A DNA stretch of 64,000 nt from an uncultured Chloroflexia bacterium (GTDB lineage Bacteria; Chloroflexota; Limnocylindria; Limnocylindrales; CSP1-4), in the NCBI GenBank assembly GCA_963820735.1, contig CAWGBA010000008.1:5326-69325 (forward strand), in the 5' to 3' direction. Numbering within the stretch: position 1 is the first letter of the stretch; each line of letters begins with the position of its first letter. Positions 8,262 through 18,554 of the stretch are shown one piece after another. The position numbers and the translations under genes were made by a program. The notes below the pieces were generated by a model. That model did not search any database. It saw nothing but the letters and a program-made list of their open reading frames with translations, and was not told the origin of the DNA.

Positions 8262-10188
8262 TCACTGCGGCACGATCCGCAGCACGTACGGCTGCCCGTC
8301 AGCTGTCACCCAGACCGCGCCACCGGCCACGACGACGTTGCCGCCATCGCCACCGAGATCGAGATGCCCGACGATGCGTCCCGTCGCCGGGTCGATCCGT
8401 GTCAACCCGCCGTCTGCGGATACCCAGACCGCTCCGAGGCCGACGGCAATGCCCCCGATGGCGTCATCGGCCTCGAGCTCGACCGCGGTGATGACCTGCC
8501 CGAGACCGGATCGATGCTGGACGACCTGGGACACGCCGTTCGGCCCTTCTTCGACGCCGATCCAGACCTGCTTGCCGTCGCTCGCCACCGGGCCGTCCAG
8601 CGGCACGCGCAGGCCGACCTTGTTGGTCGCGGCGTCGACCCGCACGTTCTCACCCGTGTGCTGGATCCCCACCCAGACACCGCCGGGTCCAGCCGACATG
8701 ATCTGCGGCCCATTCGGTGCGACCGGCCCGACCGGGATCGTCGCGACAACCTTGTTGGTCGTTGGATCGATGCGCTGGACCGACCCGTTGTGCTCGTTGG
8801 CCACCCACACCGAGCCCTCGGTGACGGCGACGCCGGCTCGGTGCCGCCGCGACCGGGATCCGCGTGACCACCTTGCCCGTGACCGGGTCGATCCGCACGA
8901 GGACGTCGTTCTCATTGTCGGTCTGCCAGACGGAACCGGCGCCGGTCGTGTCGTAGCCGTACTCCATCCAGGGCAAGGGGATGGTTCCCGTGACGGCGGA
9001 CGTCGCCAGGTCCACGCGCACCAGGCTGGTGGGCTGGTGGACCCACAGCGACGTGTCGTCGGCAGCGAACCAGCGTGGGGCGACGGCTTCGCCGACCTGG
9101 ATCCGGCCGTCGATGCGCGCCCCGGCCGGGATGGCGGCAGATAACGATGGGCTCGCAGCCTGCGAGGCGGCGGGAGTGACGCTCGGCGTCGCCACCCCGA
9201 CCGGCTGCCAGCCCGGCACGAACTGGATCGACGGGCTGGCGGCCATGAGGCGGTGCGGGTTCGCGCCGTCGGCGTTCATGATCATGACCGGGCGGTCCTT
9301 GCCGTCCGCGGACAAGGCCACGTAGGCGATCTGCGTGCCGTCGGGCGACCAGGTCGGTCCGAACAGGTCGCCGCCCGCGCAGGGCGACGGATCGGTCGCG
9401 GCGCAGCCGGCCAGCTGGTGCGGATCGGAGCCGTCGGCGTTCATGACCCAGATGCCGCCGCTGCCACCGGGTCCGCTCTCATAGGCGATCTGCGAACCAT
9501 CCGGGCTCCAGTCAGGCAGCTGGTCCTTGGGGGCTGCGTCGGTGGTGAGCGCGTGGGCGTTGCTGCCATCCGCGTCCATCACCCACACCTGTTCGTTGAT
9601 GAGGTTCCCATTGGCGTCGGCGTCGTCGGCATGGATGTAGGCGATCTTGCTGGCGTCGGGCGACCAGGCGGGGTACTGGTTGCCACAGCCGGCCTTGCCA
9701 CTCGCGCAACTGGTGAGCGGCGTGACGACGGCGCCGGTGGCCGTGTCGACGGTGAGGATCTCTGCGTGCGTGTCGGCTCCCTCCGTCCCGTCGAAGGCGA
9801 TCAGCGTGCCGTCGGGCGAGAAGTCCGGGAACGTCGCCGAGCCGCCCAGCCTGGTCAGCTGCGCCTGGTCGCTGCCGTCCTGGTTCATCGTCCAGATCTC
9901 GAACGCCCCGGTCTCGTTGGAGCAGTAGGCGATCTTGCTGCCGTCCGCCGAGTAGGCGGCGCAGGCGTGGAAATAGGCGCCGATTGTCAGCGTCTTGGCG
10001 CCGGTTCCATCCGGCGCGACGGTAGTGATCTGGGGGTTGCCGTCGGCGTCCCTGACTGCGAACGCGAGGTTGCCGTTGCTCGTGCCGGGGTAGGTCGCGG
10101 CGACCGGCGAGACGGCCACCGCCGCCAGGAGGGACGCAGCGACGAGTGAGCCGCTGAACACGACGCGAGAACGGTTGACTGCGCGCAC
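8262..10188 (-). CDS. Secreted TolB/PD40 propeller plus Vgb/YncE-like propeller, split by a frameshift near 8840
   Basis: WSPDG repeats in 8650-10188; 8262-8915 continues the domain and is homologous to the 13050-14147 C-terminus; compensating indels near 8490-8510. Confidence 0.75.
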
Positions 10189-10476
10189 GGGAGTGCTCCT
10201 TTCACAAGCTGAAGATGCGGATTACGGTCCCAAGCACACGGCTGCCGCCTGCGTGCCGTATCGCGGGCTGTTCCCGCCCCAAAGTTCAAGATCCGCTGGC
10301 GTCCTGGCAGTGGTAGCGCTCGCGGGCAGCTCCACGCCGAGGCGTCGGTCCCGTGACGCCCCTATTACCGGCGGAGTTGATGGGTTGCTACTGCCTATCG
10401 CTGGCGAAGACGCGCGGTGGCTGCCTTGTTAGCAGGACGACGGTGGCGATCGCCCCACGATTGACGGATGTCGCAT

Positions 10477-11598
10477 CTAGGGCACGTCCGTACGCGGCGG
10501 GCCCCAGTCCGGCGACTGGAACACGAAGCGCTGTCCCTCGGTGGCGGAAAGGAGGGTCGTGACGCCGCTGCCATCGGTGTTTGTGACCCGCAGGGACCGG
10601 ACACCAGTCCCGGGATCTATGTACGTGAAGACGATGCGCGATCCATCCGGGGACCAGGCGGCGTATTGATCCCAGGGGGTGATGCCCTGGCTGGTGATGC
10701 GGGTCAGGCCCGTGCCGTCGGCGTCGATGGCCCAGACATCCCTTTCCTCTCTCATCGCGGTGAACCCCGACGCGAGACCCTCGAACAGAAGGTGCGAGCC
10801 GTCAGGCGACCAGCGGGCGTGCCGAGACCTCACCACGTCGGTCAGCTGATGCAGGTTTGTGCCATCGGTGTTCACCATCCAGACGTCAGAGCCGTTCCCG
10901 CTGTACCGGTCGAACACGAGGCGCGAGCCATCCGGTGAGAAGCGCGGGTCGCGGGCCTCATCGTTGTCTGGTGGCAGGCTGACGAGCTGGCGCGGATGCG
11001 TGCCGTCAGCGGCGGCGATGAAGATGCCGTAGGTGGCTGGCGTGTCCCCGTCACCCATGTAGGCCATCTGAGTACCATCGGGCGAGAACCTGGGCTCGGA
11101 ACCGCCGGGCAAGGTCAGCAGCACCCGCGGCGAGCCACCGTCGGCGGCAATCTCGGAGACCTGGGTGCCGCCGGTCTCCGGGATGGTGCTGTCGATGATG
11201 GCGCCATCGCCCGTCGAGCTCCAGCGCGTCGGGCCCCAGCTCGCCTGGCCTTCGACCAGGCAGTCGGTGTTCAGCGTTTGCTCGTCGCTCCCATCCGGGC
11301 GGATGGTGTGGAAGGTCGTGCAGCGCCCAGATGTGCCTTCATCAGTCTCATCGATCAGATTGAGCTGTGCGAACAAGATGAGACCATCACCGCTCGCGGC
11401 GCTCGTCGCCGGCGAGGCGGACGAGGACGGGGACGGGACGGGGGCCGCGACCTCGGTCGAGGGTGCAGCCGGCACGTCCGGCGATGCTGCTGGTGCCTGG
11501 CCGAGCGCAGGAGCCGTAGCTGTCAGCGCCGAAGCCGCGACGCTGGTCGCGACCGCGACGGTGATGATCGCCCGCGCCGTGAGAGATCGAGATCGCAT
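10477..11598 (-). CDS. Secreted TolB/PD40-repeat protein
   Basis: Signal peptide; repeated FSPDG/WSPDG and ADGT motifs. Confidence 0.85.
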   Translation of the reverse strand: MRSRSLTARAIITVAVATSVAASALTATAPALGQAPAASPDVPAAPSTEVAAPVPSPSSSASPATSAASGDGLILFAQLNLIDETDEGTSGRCTTFHTIRPDGSDEQTLNTDCLVEGQASWGPTRWSSTGDGAIIDSTIPETGGTQVSEIAADGGSPRVLLTLPGGSEPRFSPDGTQMAYMGDGDTPATYGIFIAAADGTHPRQLVSLPPDNDEARDPRFSPDGSRLVFDRYSGNGSDVWMVNTDGTNLHQLTDVVRSRHARWSPDGSHLLFEGLASGFTAMREERDVWAIDADGTGLTRITSQGITPWDQYAAWSPDGSRIVFTYIDPGTGVRSLRVTNTDGSGVTTLLSATEGQRFVFQSPDWGPPRTDVP

Positions 11599-11601
11599 CT
11601 A
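11381..11601. repeat. 221-bp near-identical duplication (other copy 12773-12993)
   Basis: Three mismatches by my reading; covers the start, signal peptide and linker of two paralogs. Confidence 0.9.
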
Positions 11602-11754
11602 TCGAACCTCCCGTTGCAGTGTTGGGCGGGCACGAGTCCGCCACTGGTGCTCCTGTGTGTTGCCCATGGCAGCTCGGACGATGCGTCCCGACGACGTTGC
11701 GAGCGGCTCTCCGAGTGGTTCGAGGGCCGCTGCCGGCGTGATGTCCATGGCTAC

Positions 11755-11781
11755 CAGATGCCCAATGGCAGGCTGCGGTTC
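11755..11781 (-). promoter_or_regulatory. Candidate ECF promoter GAACC-N16-CATCTG
   Basis: Same motif as 376-402 within a homologous leader. Confidence 0.4.
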
Positions 11782-11808
11782 AGCAAGGCGCACAGATGGA
11801 ACGTGCAT

Positions 11809-12990
11809 CTATGGAGCCTCCGGTTTCGGTGTGTTGGGCAGACCCCAGTCCAGCCACCCGAACAGGCTCGGTTGGCCCGAGCCGGAAACGAGGGTCCTGG
11901 CGCTGCCGCTGCCATCGGCGTTCATGACACGCAGGGAGTTGTTGGGCCTACCGCCGAACTGGTGGAAGACGATGCGTGAACCGTCGGGAGACCAGTCGAA
12001 AGCGAACTCCACGGTCGCCGGGCGGCACGGCTGGCTGGGACTCACATAGGGAGGCACGGCTGGGCTGGGACTCACCCCCTCGCAGGGGATGCTGACGCGG
12101 GTCAGACCCGTGCCGTCGGCGTCGATGACCCACAAGCCCGCCTGCGCGTCGCTGAACAGGAGGCGCGAGCCGTCGGGCGACCAGCGTGCGGGGTATAACC
12201 ATTGCAGCCCGGTGGTCAGCCGATGCAGGTCCGTGCCGTCGGCGTTCACGATCCAGAGCTCGGACGTGCCAATCTGCGACCCGGAGGGGTCGCCGGTGGA
12301 CCGGGTGAATGCGAGGCGCGAGCCGTCTGGCGAGAAGCTCGGGTACGAGTCCGAGCTCTTGGTCGGGTCCGGCGTGCTCGTCAGCTGGCGCGGATGGGTG
12401 CCGTCGGCGGCGGCGATGACGATGCCGCCCGAGCCATCCACGTAGGCGATCTGGGAACCATCGGGCGAGAACGTGGGCGTGACGCCGGTCACCGTCAGCA
12501 GCACGTGCGGCGTGCCGCCGTCCGTGGCGACCTCGGAGATCTGGGTGGTGGTCGGGGTGTAGTCCCCACCGCTCTCGCTGTCGATGAGGATACCGTCGCC
12601 CGCGGGGCTCCAGCTCGCGCTACCAAAGACCGCAGTTCCTGGTGTGGGCGTTGCACAGCCAACGACCGGCGTCAGCTGTTGCTCGCCGCTGCCATCCGGG
12701 CGGATGGTGTGGAACGTCGAGCAGGGCGAGGGCCCGGCCGCCCCGGCCCCGTCATAGACGGTGAACAGGATCAGACCATCACCGCTCTCGGCACTCGTCG
12801 CCGGCGAGGCGGACGAGGACGGGGACGGGACGGGGGCCGCGACCTCGGTCGAGGGTGCAGCCGGCACGTCCGGCGATGCTGCTGGTGCCTGGCCGAGCGC
12901 AGGAGCCGTAGCTGTCAGCGCCGAAGCCGCGACGCTGGTCGCGACGGCGACGGTGATGATCGCCCGCGCCGTGAGAGATCGAGATCGCAT
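11809..12990 (-). CDS. Secreted TolB/PD40-repeat protein
   Basis: Same N-terminus as 10477-11598; WSPDG repeats. Confidence 0.85.
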   Translation of the reverse strand: MRSRSLTARAIITVAVATSVAASALTATAPALGQAPAASPDVPAAPSTEVAAPVPSPSSSASPATSAESGDGLILFTVYDGAGAAGPSPCSTFHTIRPDGSGEQQLTPVVGCATPTPGTAVFGSASWSPAGDGILIDSESGGDYTPTTTQISEVATDGGTPHVLLTVTGVTPTFSPDGSQIAYVDGSGGIVIAAADGTHPRQLTSTPDPTKSSDSYPSFSPDGSRLAFTRSTGDPSGSQIGTSELWIVNADGTDLHRLTTGLQWLYPARWSPDGSRLLFSDAQAGLWVIDADGTGLTRVSIPCEGVSPSPAVPPYVSPSQPCRPATVEFAFDWSPDGSRIVFHQFGGRPNNSLRVMNADGSGSARTLVSGSGQPSLFGWLDWGLPNTPKPEAP

Positions 12991-12993
12991 CTA
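12773..12993. repeat. 221-bp near-identical duplication (other copy 11381-11601)
   Basis: Direct sequence comparison. Confidence 0.9.
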
Positions 12994-13049
12994 CTGAGCC
13001 TCCAATTCCAGTGTGTAGGGCCGATCCCAGGCCAGCGACTCGTACTGGT

Positions 13050-14147
13050 TCATTGCAGCGAGACCCGAACCACATACGGCTTATCGCCCGCAGCGACCCA
13101 CACGGAGCCACCCGCCACGACCAGGTTGCCGTCGCCCCCTGTATCGAGGTGCTGGACGATGTCGCCCGTGGCGGCATCGATCTGGGTCAACCCGTTCCCG
13201 GACACCCAGACGGATCCGAGGCCGACGGCCAGGCCGCCGACTCCCGGGGTATCAAGCTCTACGGTGGTGATGACCTTGCCCGAGACCGGGTCGATTCGCA
13301 TGACCTGCGACCGTCCGCCTGGTCCGCCGTCGACCGCAACCCAGACCTCCGTGCCGTCGCTCGCTACCCAGCCTTCCAGTGGCACCAGCAGGCCGACAGT
13401 GTTGGTCGCAGCGTCGACCCGCACGATGGATTTGATGTTCTGGATGTCCACCCAGACACCGCCGGGTCCAGCGGTCAGGATCTGCGGTCCTGCGGATCCG
13501 GTGGGACCGACCGGGATCGTCGCGATGACCGTGTTGGTCGCGGGATCGAGGCGCGTGACCGCTCCAATGTGCTCGTCGGCGATCCACACGGAGCCATCGG
13601 TCACGGCGATGCCCGTCGGTGCGGATCCCGATGCGAGCGGGATCGTCGCAACGACCTTGTCGGCCTCAGGATCGATCCTCACAAGCGTGTCGCGGTCGTA
13701 GTCCGTCTGCCAGACAGCGCCGGCCCCGGCCGCGTCGTAGCCCCACTGCTGGTACATCAAGGGGACCGTTCCGGTGACGGCGGACGTCGCCAGGTTCACC
13801 CGCACCAGGCTCGTAGGTTGGTGGACCCAGAGCGACTGGTCGTCGGCCGCGAACCAGGCTGTTGACACGGAGCTGCCGAGTGGGATCCGGCTGTCTATCA
13901 ATCGCGGGATGCGGTACTGGGCACCCACGAACATCGCGGCAAGCGCTGCAGCGAGTAGCAGCGCAAGCAGGACGGCGAAAGGCACAGCCGGCCGGAAGCC
14001 AGGCAGAACCAGCCAGCGGCGCTTCGGCTTGCCTGCCAGCGCAATGGTTCGTGCGGCGGCCAGGACGTCGTCGGGCAGGCGGAGCGATTCCGACGGTCGC
14101 AATGCGGCGATCAGCTCGTCGTCGGTGATGGGACGCGTCGAGGTCAT
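13050..14147 (-). CDS. Anti-sigma-like membrane protein with extracellular Vgb/YncE-like propeller
   Basis: ATGA overlap with the ECF gene; N-domain, TM helix, GAGAVW/GSVW/RIDP repeats. Confidence 0.8.
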   Translation of the reverse strand: MTSTRPITDDELIAALRPSESLRLPDDVLAAARTIALAGKPKRRWLVLPGFRPAVPFAVLLALLLAAALAAMFVGAQYRIPRLIDSRIPLGSSVSTAWFAADDQSLWVHQPTSLVRVNLATSAVTGTVPLMYQQWGYDAAGAGAVWQTDYDRDTLVRIDPEADKVVATIPLASGSAPTGIAVTDGSVWIADEHIGAVTRLDPATNTVIATIPVGPTGSAGPQILTAGPGGVWVDIQNIKSIVRVDAATNTVGLLVPLEGWVASDGTEVWVAVDGGPGGRSQVMRIDPVSGKVITTVELDTPGVGGLAVGLGSVWVSGNGLTQIDAATGDIVQHLDTGGDGNLVVAGGSVWVAAGDKPYVVRVSLQ

Positions 14148-14755
14148 CGTTCTTCCTGCTCGAGTGCCCGCTGCAAGCGCTCGCGGGCGGTGTGGAGGCG
14201 ACGCTTCACGGTTCCTTCGGGGATCCGGAGCGCCACGGCCAGATCGGCGACGGACCGGGACTCCAGGTGGTGGAGGACGATCAATGAGCGGTCGTCGATC
14301 GACAGTCGACGGAAGGCCGCGACGATCAGCGCGGTTCGATCGTCACGCGACCCGTGGTCCGCGGCGGGAAGTCCCACCCACTCGCTGCTCGTTGGTTCGA
14401 GCACGGGTCGGATCTCCCGCACCTGTCGTCGTCTGCGGCGCCGGAGTTGATCGCGGCAGACGTTGACCAGGATCCGGTCCAGCCACGCGTCGAAGCTGCC
14501 TGAGGTCTGAAGGCGAGGGAGTTCGCGCCAGGCGCGGATCAGTGCCTCCTGGGCCGCATCGCGGGCATCCGGCTCGTCGCGCAGGATGGTGTACGCACGG
14601 CGGTACAGCCCATCACCAATGCGATCGGCTAGGGCATCGAAGGCTCGGGGATCGCCGCTGACGGCGAGCGCGACCAAGCTCGTAACGACCGACTCGTTCG
14701 AGCCTTCGAACGCCGTCGCGCCCTGGGTCATCGCCACTCCTGCATCGCGGGCCAT
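14144..14755 (-). CDS. ECF sigma factor
   Basis: DARDAAQEALIRAWRELP, AWLDRILVNVCRD, IPEGTVKRRLH. Confidence 0.92.
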   Translation of the reverse strand: MARDAGVAMTQGATAFEGSNESVVTSLVALAVSGDPRAFDALADRIGDGLYRRAYTILRDEPDARDAAQEALIRAWRELPRLQTSGSFDAWLDRILVNVCRDQLRRRRRRQVREIRPVLEPTSSEWVGLPAADHGSRDDRTALIVAAFRRLSIDDRSLIVLHHLESRSVADLAVALRIPEGTVKRRLHTARERLQRALEQEER

Positions 14756-14765
14756 CCTGAACTGT

Positions 14766-14792
14766 CTGACGACGGCCAAAGCCCTCGGGTTC
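14766..14792 (-). promoter_or_regulatory. Candidate ECF promoter GAACC-N16-CGTCAG
   Basis: About 10 nt upstream of ATG 14755. Confidence 0.5.
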
Positions 14793-14874
14793 GGTTGATC
14801 TCAACGCGGGCACAGCGACGTCCGTGGGAATCTGCCTTGGGCGCCACGAGACGAGCCTTGCCGCGCGCCCTTGG

Positions 14875-16152
14875 TCAGGCCTGCTCGCTCCTCCCGGCCG
14901 CTTCCTCGCGCGAGGCGGCCGATGCCTCCTTGACGTCAGATTGTCCCGGTGCGGCAGCCCTTGTCGGGTCGGCGTCGTGGGCAAGCTCGGCAAGCCACGC
15001 CTGGAACGGGTCCGGGCGAAGGCTGTCGGCCACGAACCGAGCGTGGCTGAGCAGTCCGCTCGCCTCGCGCCGGTAGGAGCGGGCGGCCATCTCATCGAGT
15101 CGGCTCTCGATGAGCGCCAGTTGCTCGTCCAGCACCTCGCGGGCGGACCGGCCGTCGAGCACGGGCTCGGAAGCAAGTTCAGACGGTAGCGCGATGTAGT
15201 GCTCCAGGGCACCTGGCAGGTACTTGATGCAGATCTGGCGCAGCAGCCACGTCTCGTGGTCGACCAGGTTGAGCGGCGCGTCGGTCGTCGGCAGAGCGAG
15301 CGCGGCCGTGTCGCGAATGCGCCGCAGTGTTGCCATGTCGGTCTCCGGCACCCACCCGCTCACGTTCGCGACGAGGCGATCGAGCACGGCCAGGACCTCG
15401 GAGCGGGTTCGTGGGTCGCCGTCCTCGATGAGCCTCGGCCGTTGGATGGTGGGTGTCGCCGTTACCGCCGGATTCGCAACGGCCGGGACAAGCTGCCCAA
15501 TGGCGGCCTCGCGAGCCATCGCGGGATCTGGAGGATGTTCGGTCGAGGAGAGGCTGGCGCGCGCGAGCTCGAGCTGGATCCGGCTTGCCTTGCGGCTGCG
15601 GTCCGTTACTCGGACTCGGTCCCCAAGCGAGCCACCGGCAATGAGGATCGCCAGCGGAACCGCAACGCCCAGCCAGCCAAACCCGCCGATCATCATCATC
15701 CCGAGCGCCACGATTCCCGCAAGGATGACTCCGCCGACCCGGACGAACGACGCGCCGGACGAACCAGGTTCCACCCGGCCGGCCAGCTTTAGCGCCTCTT
15801 CACGCGTCGGCGGCGAGACGTCCACCGGACGCCCCGCACGGGCTGTGACGACCGCGTGCTCGAGCTCCCGCATTCGCGCTTTCGCCGCAAGCCTCTCGCG
15901 GGCCTCGTCGGCCGCGACGGACACCGCCGTCAATGCCGCCGTCGCGGCGTCGCCCGCAGCTTCCATGAGTTGGTGGGTTCCCGACTGCTGACCTGCTGCC
16001 CGTCGCTGCGCCTCATGGACGCGCCGCGCTGCTCGGTCCGCTCGGCGGGCGGCGCGATCGGCTCGCTCTCGGGCCTTGCGGACCTCACGGGTTTCGAACG
16101 GTTCGCTCGGCGGCTGGAGCGGCTGCGGGTTCACGGCGTCAACTTGCGCCAT
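14875..16152 (-). CDS. Hypothetical membrane protein with coiled-coil N-terminus and XpaC-like C-terminal region
   Basis: Two TM helices; YLPGALEHYIALP...LDEQLALIESRL resembles XpaC-like domains. Confidence 0.65.
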   Translation of the reverse strand: MAQVDAVNPQPLQPPSEPFETREVRKARERADRAARRADRAARRVHEAQRRAAGQQSGTHQLMEAAGDAATAALTAVSVAADEARERLAAKARMRELEHAVVTARAGRPVDVSPPTREEALKLAGRVEPGSSGASFVRVGGVILAGIVALGMMMIGGFGWLGVAVPLAILIAGGSLGDRVRVTDRSRKASRIQLELARASLSSTEHPPDPAMAREAAIGQLVPAVANPAVTATPTIQRPRLIEDGDPRTRSEVLAVLDRLVANVSGWVPETDMATLRRIRDTAALALPTTDAPLNLVDHETWLLRQICIKYLPGALEHYIALPSELASEPVLDGRSAREVLDEQLALIESRLDEMAARSYRREASGLLSHARFVADSLRPDPFQAWLAELAHDADPTRAAAPGQSDVKEASAASREEAAGRSEQA

Positions 16153-16181
16153 GTTGGGTAACGGCGCAACAAGCCGGCAGG

Positions 16182-16319
16182 ATGGAGCGAAGGCGTCGCC
16201 TCCCCGTGAATGACATCTGGATTGCCGCCGTCACGTTGGAGACCGGTGGCACGCTGCTTACGTTCGACACGGAGTTTCGCCAGGTTCAGGGATTGGGTGC
16301 CTCAATCCTGGTTCCGTAG
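16182..16319 (+). pseudogene. vapC: Truncated VapC PIN toxin (C-terminal ~45 aa only)
   Basis: LPVNDIWIAAVTLETGGTLLTFDTEFRQVQGL matches the PIN C-terminal half; N-terminus and antitoxin are missing. Confidence 0.8.
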
Positions 16320-16374
16320 CTTTCCGGCCTCACCCAAGCGATGTGGCGAATCGCTGCAGCTGCGGGATGCCAAC

Positions 16375-16448
16375 CTACGCCGCGTAACAGGCGAGGGGAT
16401 CGTCCTGCGCGCCGCCCGGCGACGGTTCGAGTCCGTCCGGGGACGCCA
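16375..16448 (+). repeat. tRNA-3'-fragment repeat copy 4 (best-preserved T-arm)
   Basis: GACGG-TTCGAGT-CCGTC perfect T-arm, then CGGGGAC-G-CCA. Confidence 0.9.
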
Positions 16449-16635
16449 GTCGAATGCGCAGACTGCTTCAGCGGGTGCGCAAGCAGCGCTCAAGGTCGCG
16501 GCGCGGGACGATACCGAGGACGAGGATCGTGCGGTCCTCCGCGATGACGTCGTTGACTTCGGAACCGCCCGAGGTTGACCGGTCCCATAGGTTGTGAGCG
16601 CGGCCAGATGGGTCGCGCCGATGCTGAGGGCCCCG

Positions 16636-17187
16636 ATGCGACGGGATCTCGTCGAGCGAGCGATGGCGGGCGACCTGGAGGCGTTCTCGGAGCTGGCACG
16701 CCTTTCGATCGACCGGCTCTACGCCGTCGCGCGCCTGATCCTCCGCGACACCGAGAAGGCCGAAGATGCGACGCAGGAGGCACTCGTGGCTGCCTGGCGT
16801 GACATCGCGGGCCTGCGGGACCCGGACCGATTCGAACCTTGGCTTCGCCGTCTGCTCGTGCACGCCTGCTACCACGAGGCTCGCACGCACCGCCGCAGGC
16901 TGCACTACGAGGGACAGCTCAAGCCTCTTGACGAGGGCGCTCGCGACCCAGCCGTCGCATCGGCCGATCGCGATGAGCTTGAGCGAGGCTTCACCCGCCT
17001 CGCCCCCGAGCAGCGTGCCCTGATCGTGCTGCACTACTACCTGGGATTGCCGATGCAGGAGACTGCGCTGGCCCTCGGCCTGCCGGTCGGCACCGTCAAG
17101 TCCCGGTTGCACCGAACTACCCAGCAGATGCGCGCCGTCCTCGAGGCCGACGCCCGTCTGCCGCTTGCAGAGGGACGGCTGACATGA
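16636..17187 (+). CDS. ECF sigma factor
   Basis: DLVERAMAGD, AEDATQEALVAAW, LPVGTVKSRLHR; GAGGG SD. Confidence 0.93.
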   Translation: MRRDLVERAMAGDLEAFSELARLSIDRLYAVARLILRDTEKAEDATQEALVAAWRDIAGLRDPDRFEPWLRRLLVHACYHEARTHRRRLHYEGQLKPLDEGARDPAVASADRDELERGFTRLAPEQRALIVLHYYLGLPMQETALALGLPVGTVKSRLHRTTQQMRAVLEADARLPLAEGRLT

Positions 17188-18554
17188 GCCAGACCTCCGA
17201 CTTCGACAGCCTGATCACGGCCTGGCTGGACGAGCAGGCCCCCAAGCGCGCTCCCGATGCCCTCCTGGGGCGAGTCACCGAGGGTGCGACGAGAACCCGC
17301 CGTCGTCCGGCATGGGCCACCCTCGAAAGGTGGATCTCCATGGAAACACGTGCACAGCTCGGGGCGGTGCCCCGTGGCGCAATCGTGATCGCCACACTCG
17401 TGCTCCTCACTGCCATCGTTGCCTGGTCCGCGCTCGCCGCCGGCGGCCAGTCGACGCCGCCTTTAGTCCCTGTTGCGTCGCCGACGCCGAGTGTGTCGAT
17501 CGCCTCCGCGTTTCCGGGCGGGACGATCGTCTACCAGCGAACTGACCCCGATGGCGATCCGGAGACGATGTACGCCATCGCCGCCGATGGGACCGCGAAG
17601 CGGCAGCAACTCCTGACCTCGCAGCAGTTCTACTGCTGCCCGCAGCTCTCGCCCGACGGTTCGCGCATCGCGGCCTCGATCTCCGTGGGTGATCGTGTCA
17701 GCGAAGTCACCGTGAACACCGATGGCACGGACTACTCCGTCATGCCGCTCCCGGACGCGACCCTCAACCTCGCGCCGGACCTCTGGCTCAACGCGAACGA
17801 AGTCACCTTCACGGGCTGGGACGACAGCGACCCGACACGCAACGGCGTGTACGTCGCCGATCCCGCGCAGCCCGCCATGCTGCGGAGGGTTACGAGCGGT
17901 CCGAGCCTCCAGGACCAGGTGGTGGCGGTCACCGCCGACGGCTCGCGGATCGCCTTCGTCCGGGCTGCTCCCGGTGTCGACCAGGGTCCGTTGTTCACAG
18001 TGAACGCCGACGGCACGAACGTGAAGCAGGTCAGCCCGACCGAGGCGCTCGTATCTGGGTCGGGAGGCTGGGGCGGCAGCACCGCGACCTGGTCGCCGGA
18101 CGGGAGCCAGCTGACCTTCGCGGCTACCGTCGGCGGCTGCGCTTGCGCCGTCTATGTCGTCGATGCCGATGGTGCGGACCCGCGACAGATCTTCGACAAA
18201 TCGGGGCAAAACATCTTCGGTGCGCACTGGTCGCCCGACGGGCAGTGGATCGCCTTTGAGTCAGTACCCGACGGATCGGCACCGCGCAACGGGCCGAACG
18301 ACCAAGTCATGCTCATCCACCCCGATGGCACCGGCCTCAAGGCGATTACCGGCGACAAGACGCTGAGCGGATCGTGGAGCCCGCAATGGTCGCCTGACGG
18401 CAGCTGGCTGGTCTTCCAGAGCAGTGACCGCGACGGCAGCCACGCCGACCTGTGGACCTCGAACGCCGACGGCTCCGACCCCATGCAGCTCACGCACGAC
18501 CCGGGCCGCTACGACACCTACACCTGGACGTCGTGGTCGCCTCCGGCGAACTGA
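17184..18554 (+). CDS. Anti-sigma-like membrane protein with extracellular TolB/PD40 propeller
   Basis: ATGA overlap; FDSLITAWLDEQAP N-domain, TM helix, WSPDG repeats. Confidence 0.85.
   Translation: MSQTSDFDSLITAWLDEQAPKRAPDALLGRVTEGATRTRRRPAWATLERWISMETRAQLGAVPRGAIVIATLVLLTAIVAWSALAAGGQSTPPLVPVASPTPSVSIASAFPGGTIVYQRTDPDGDPETMYAIAADGTAKRQQLLTSQQFYCCPQLSPDGSRIAASISVGDRVSEVTVNTDGTDYSVMPLPDATLNLAPDLWLNANEVTFTGWDDSDPTRNGVYVADPAQPAMLRRVTSGPSLQDQVVAVTADGSRIAFVRAAPGVDQGPLFTVNADGTNVKQVSPTEALVSGSGGWGGSTATWSPDGSQLTFAATVGGCACAVYVVDADGADPRQIFDKSGQNIFGAHWSPDGQWIAFESVPDGSAPRNGPNDQVMLIHPDGTGLKAITGDKTLSGSWSPQWSPDGSWLVFQSSDRDGSHADLWTSNADGSDPMQLTHDPGRYDTYTWTSWSPPAN

Noticed and set aside
11599-11808. 69-aa ORF as a real small protein
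   Set aside because: The homologous copy at 222-430 has an in-frame stop and there is no codon-position bias; treated as a leader or relic.
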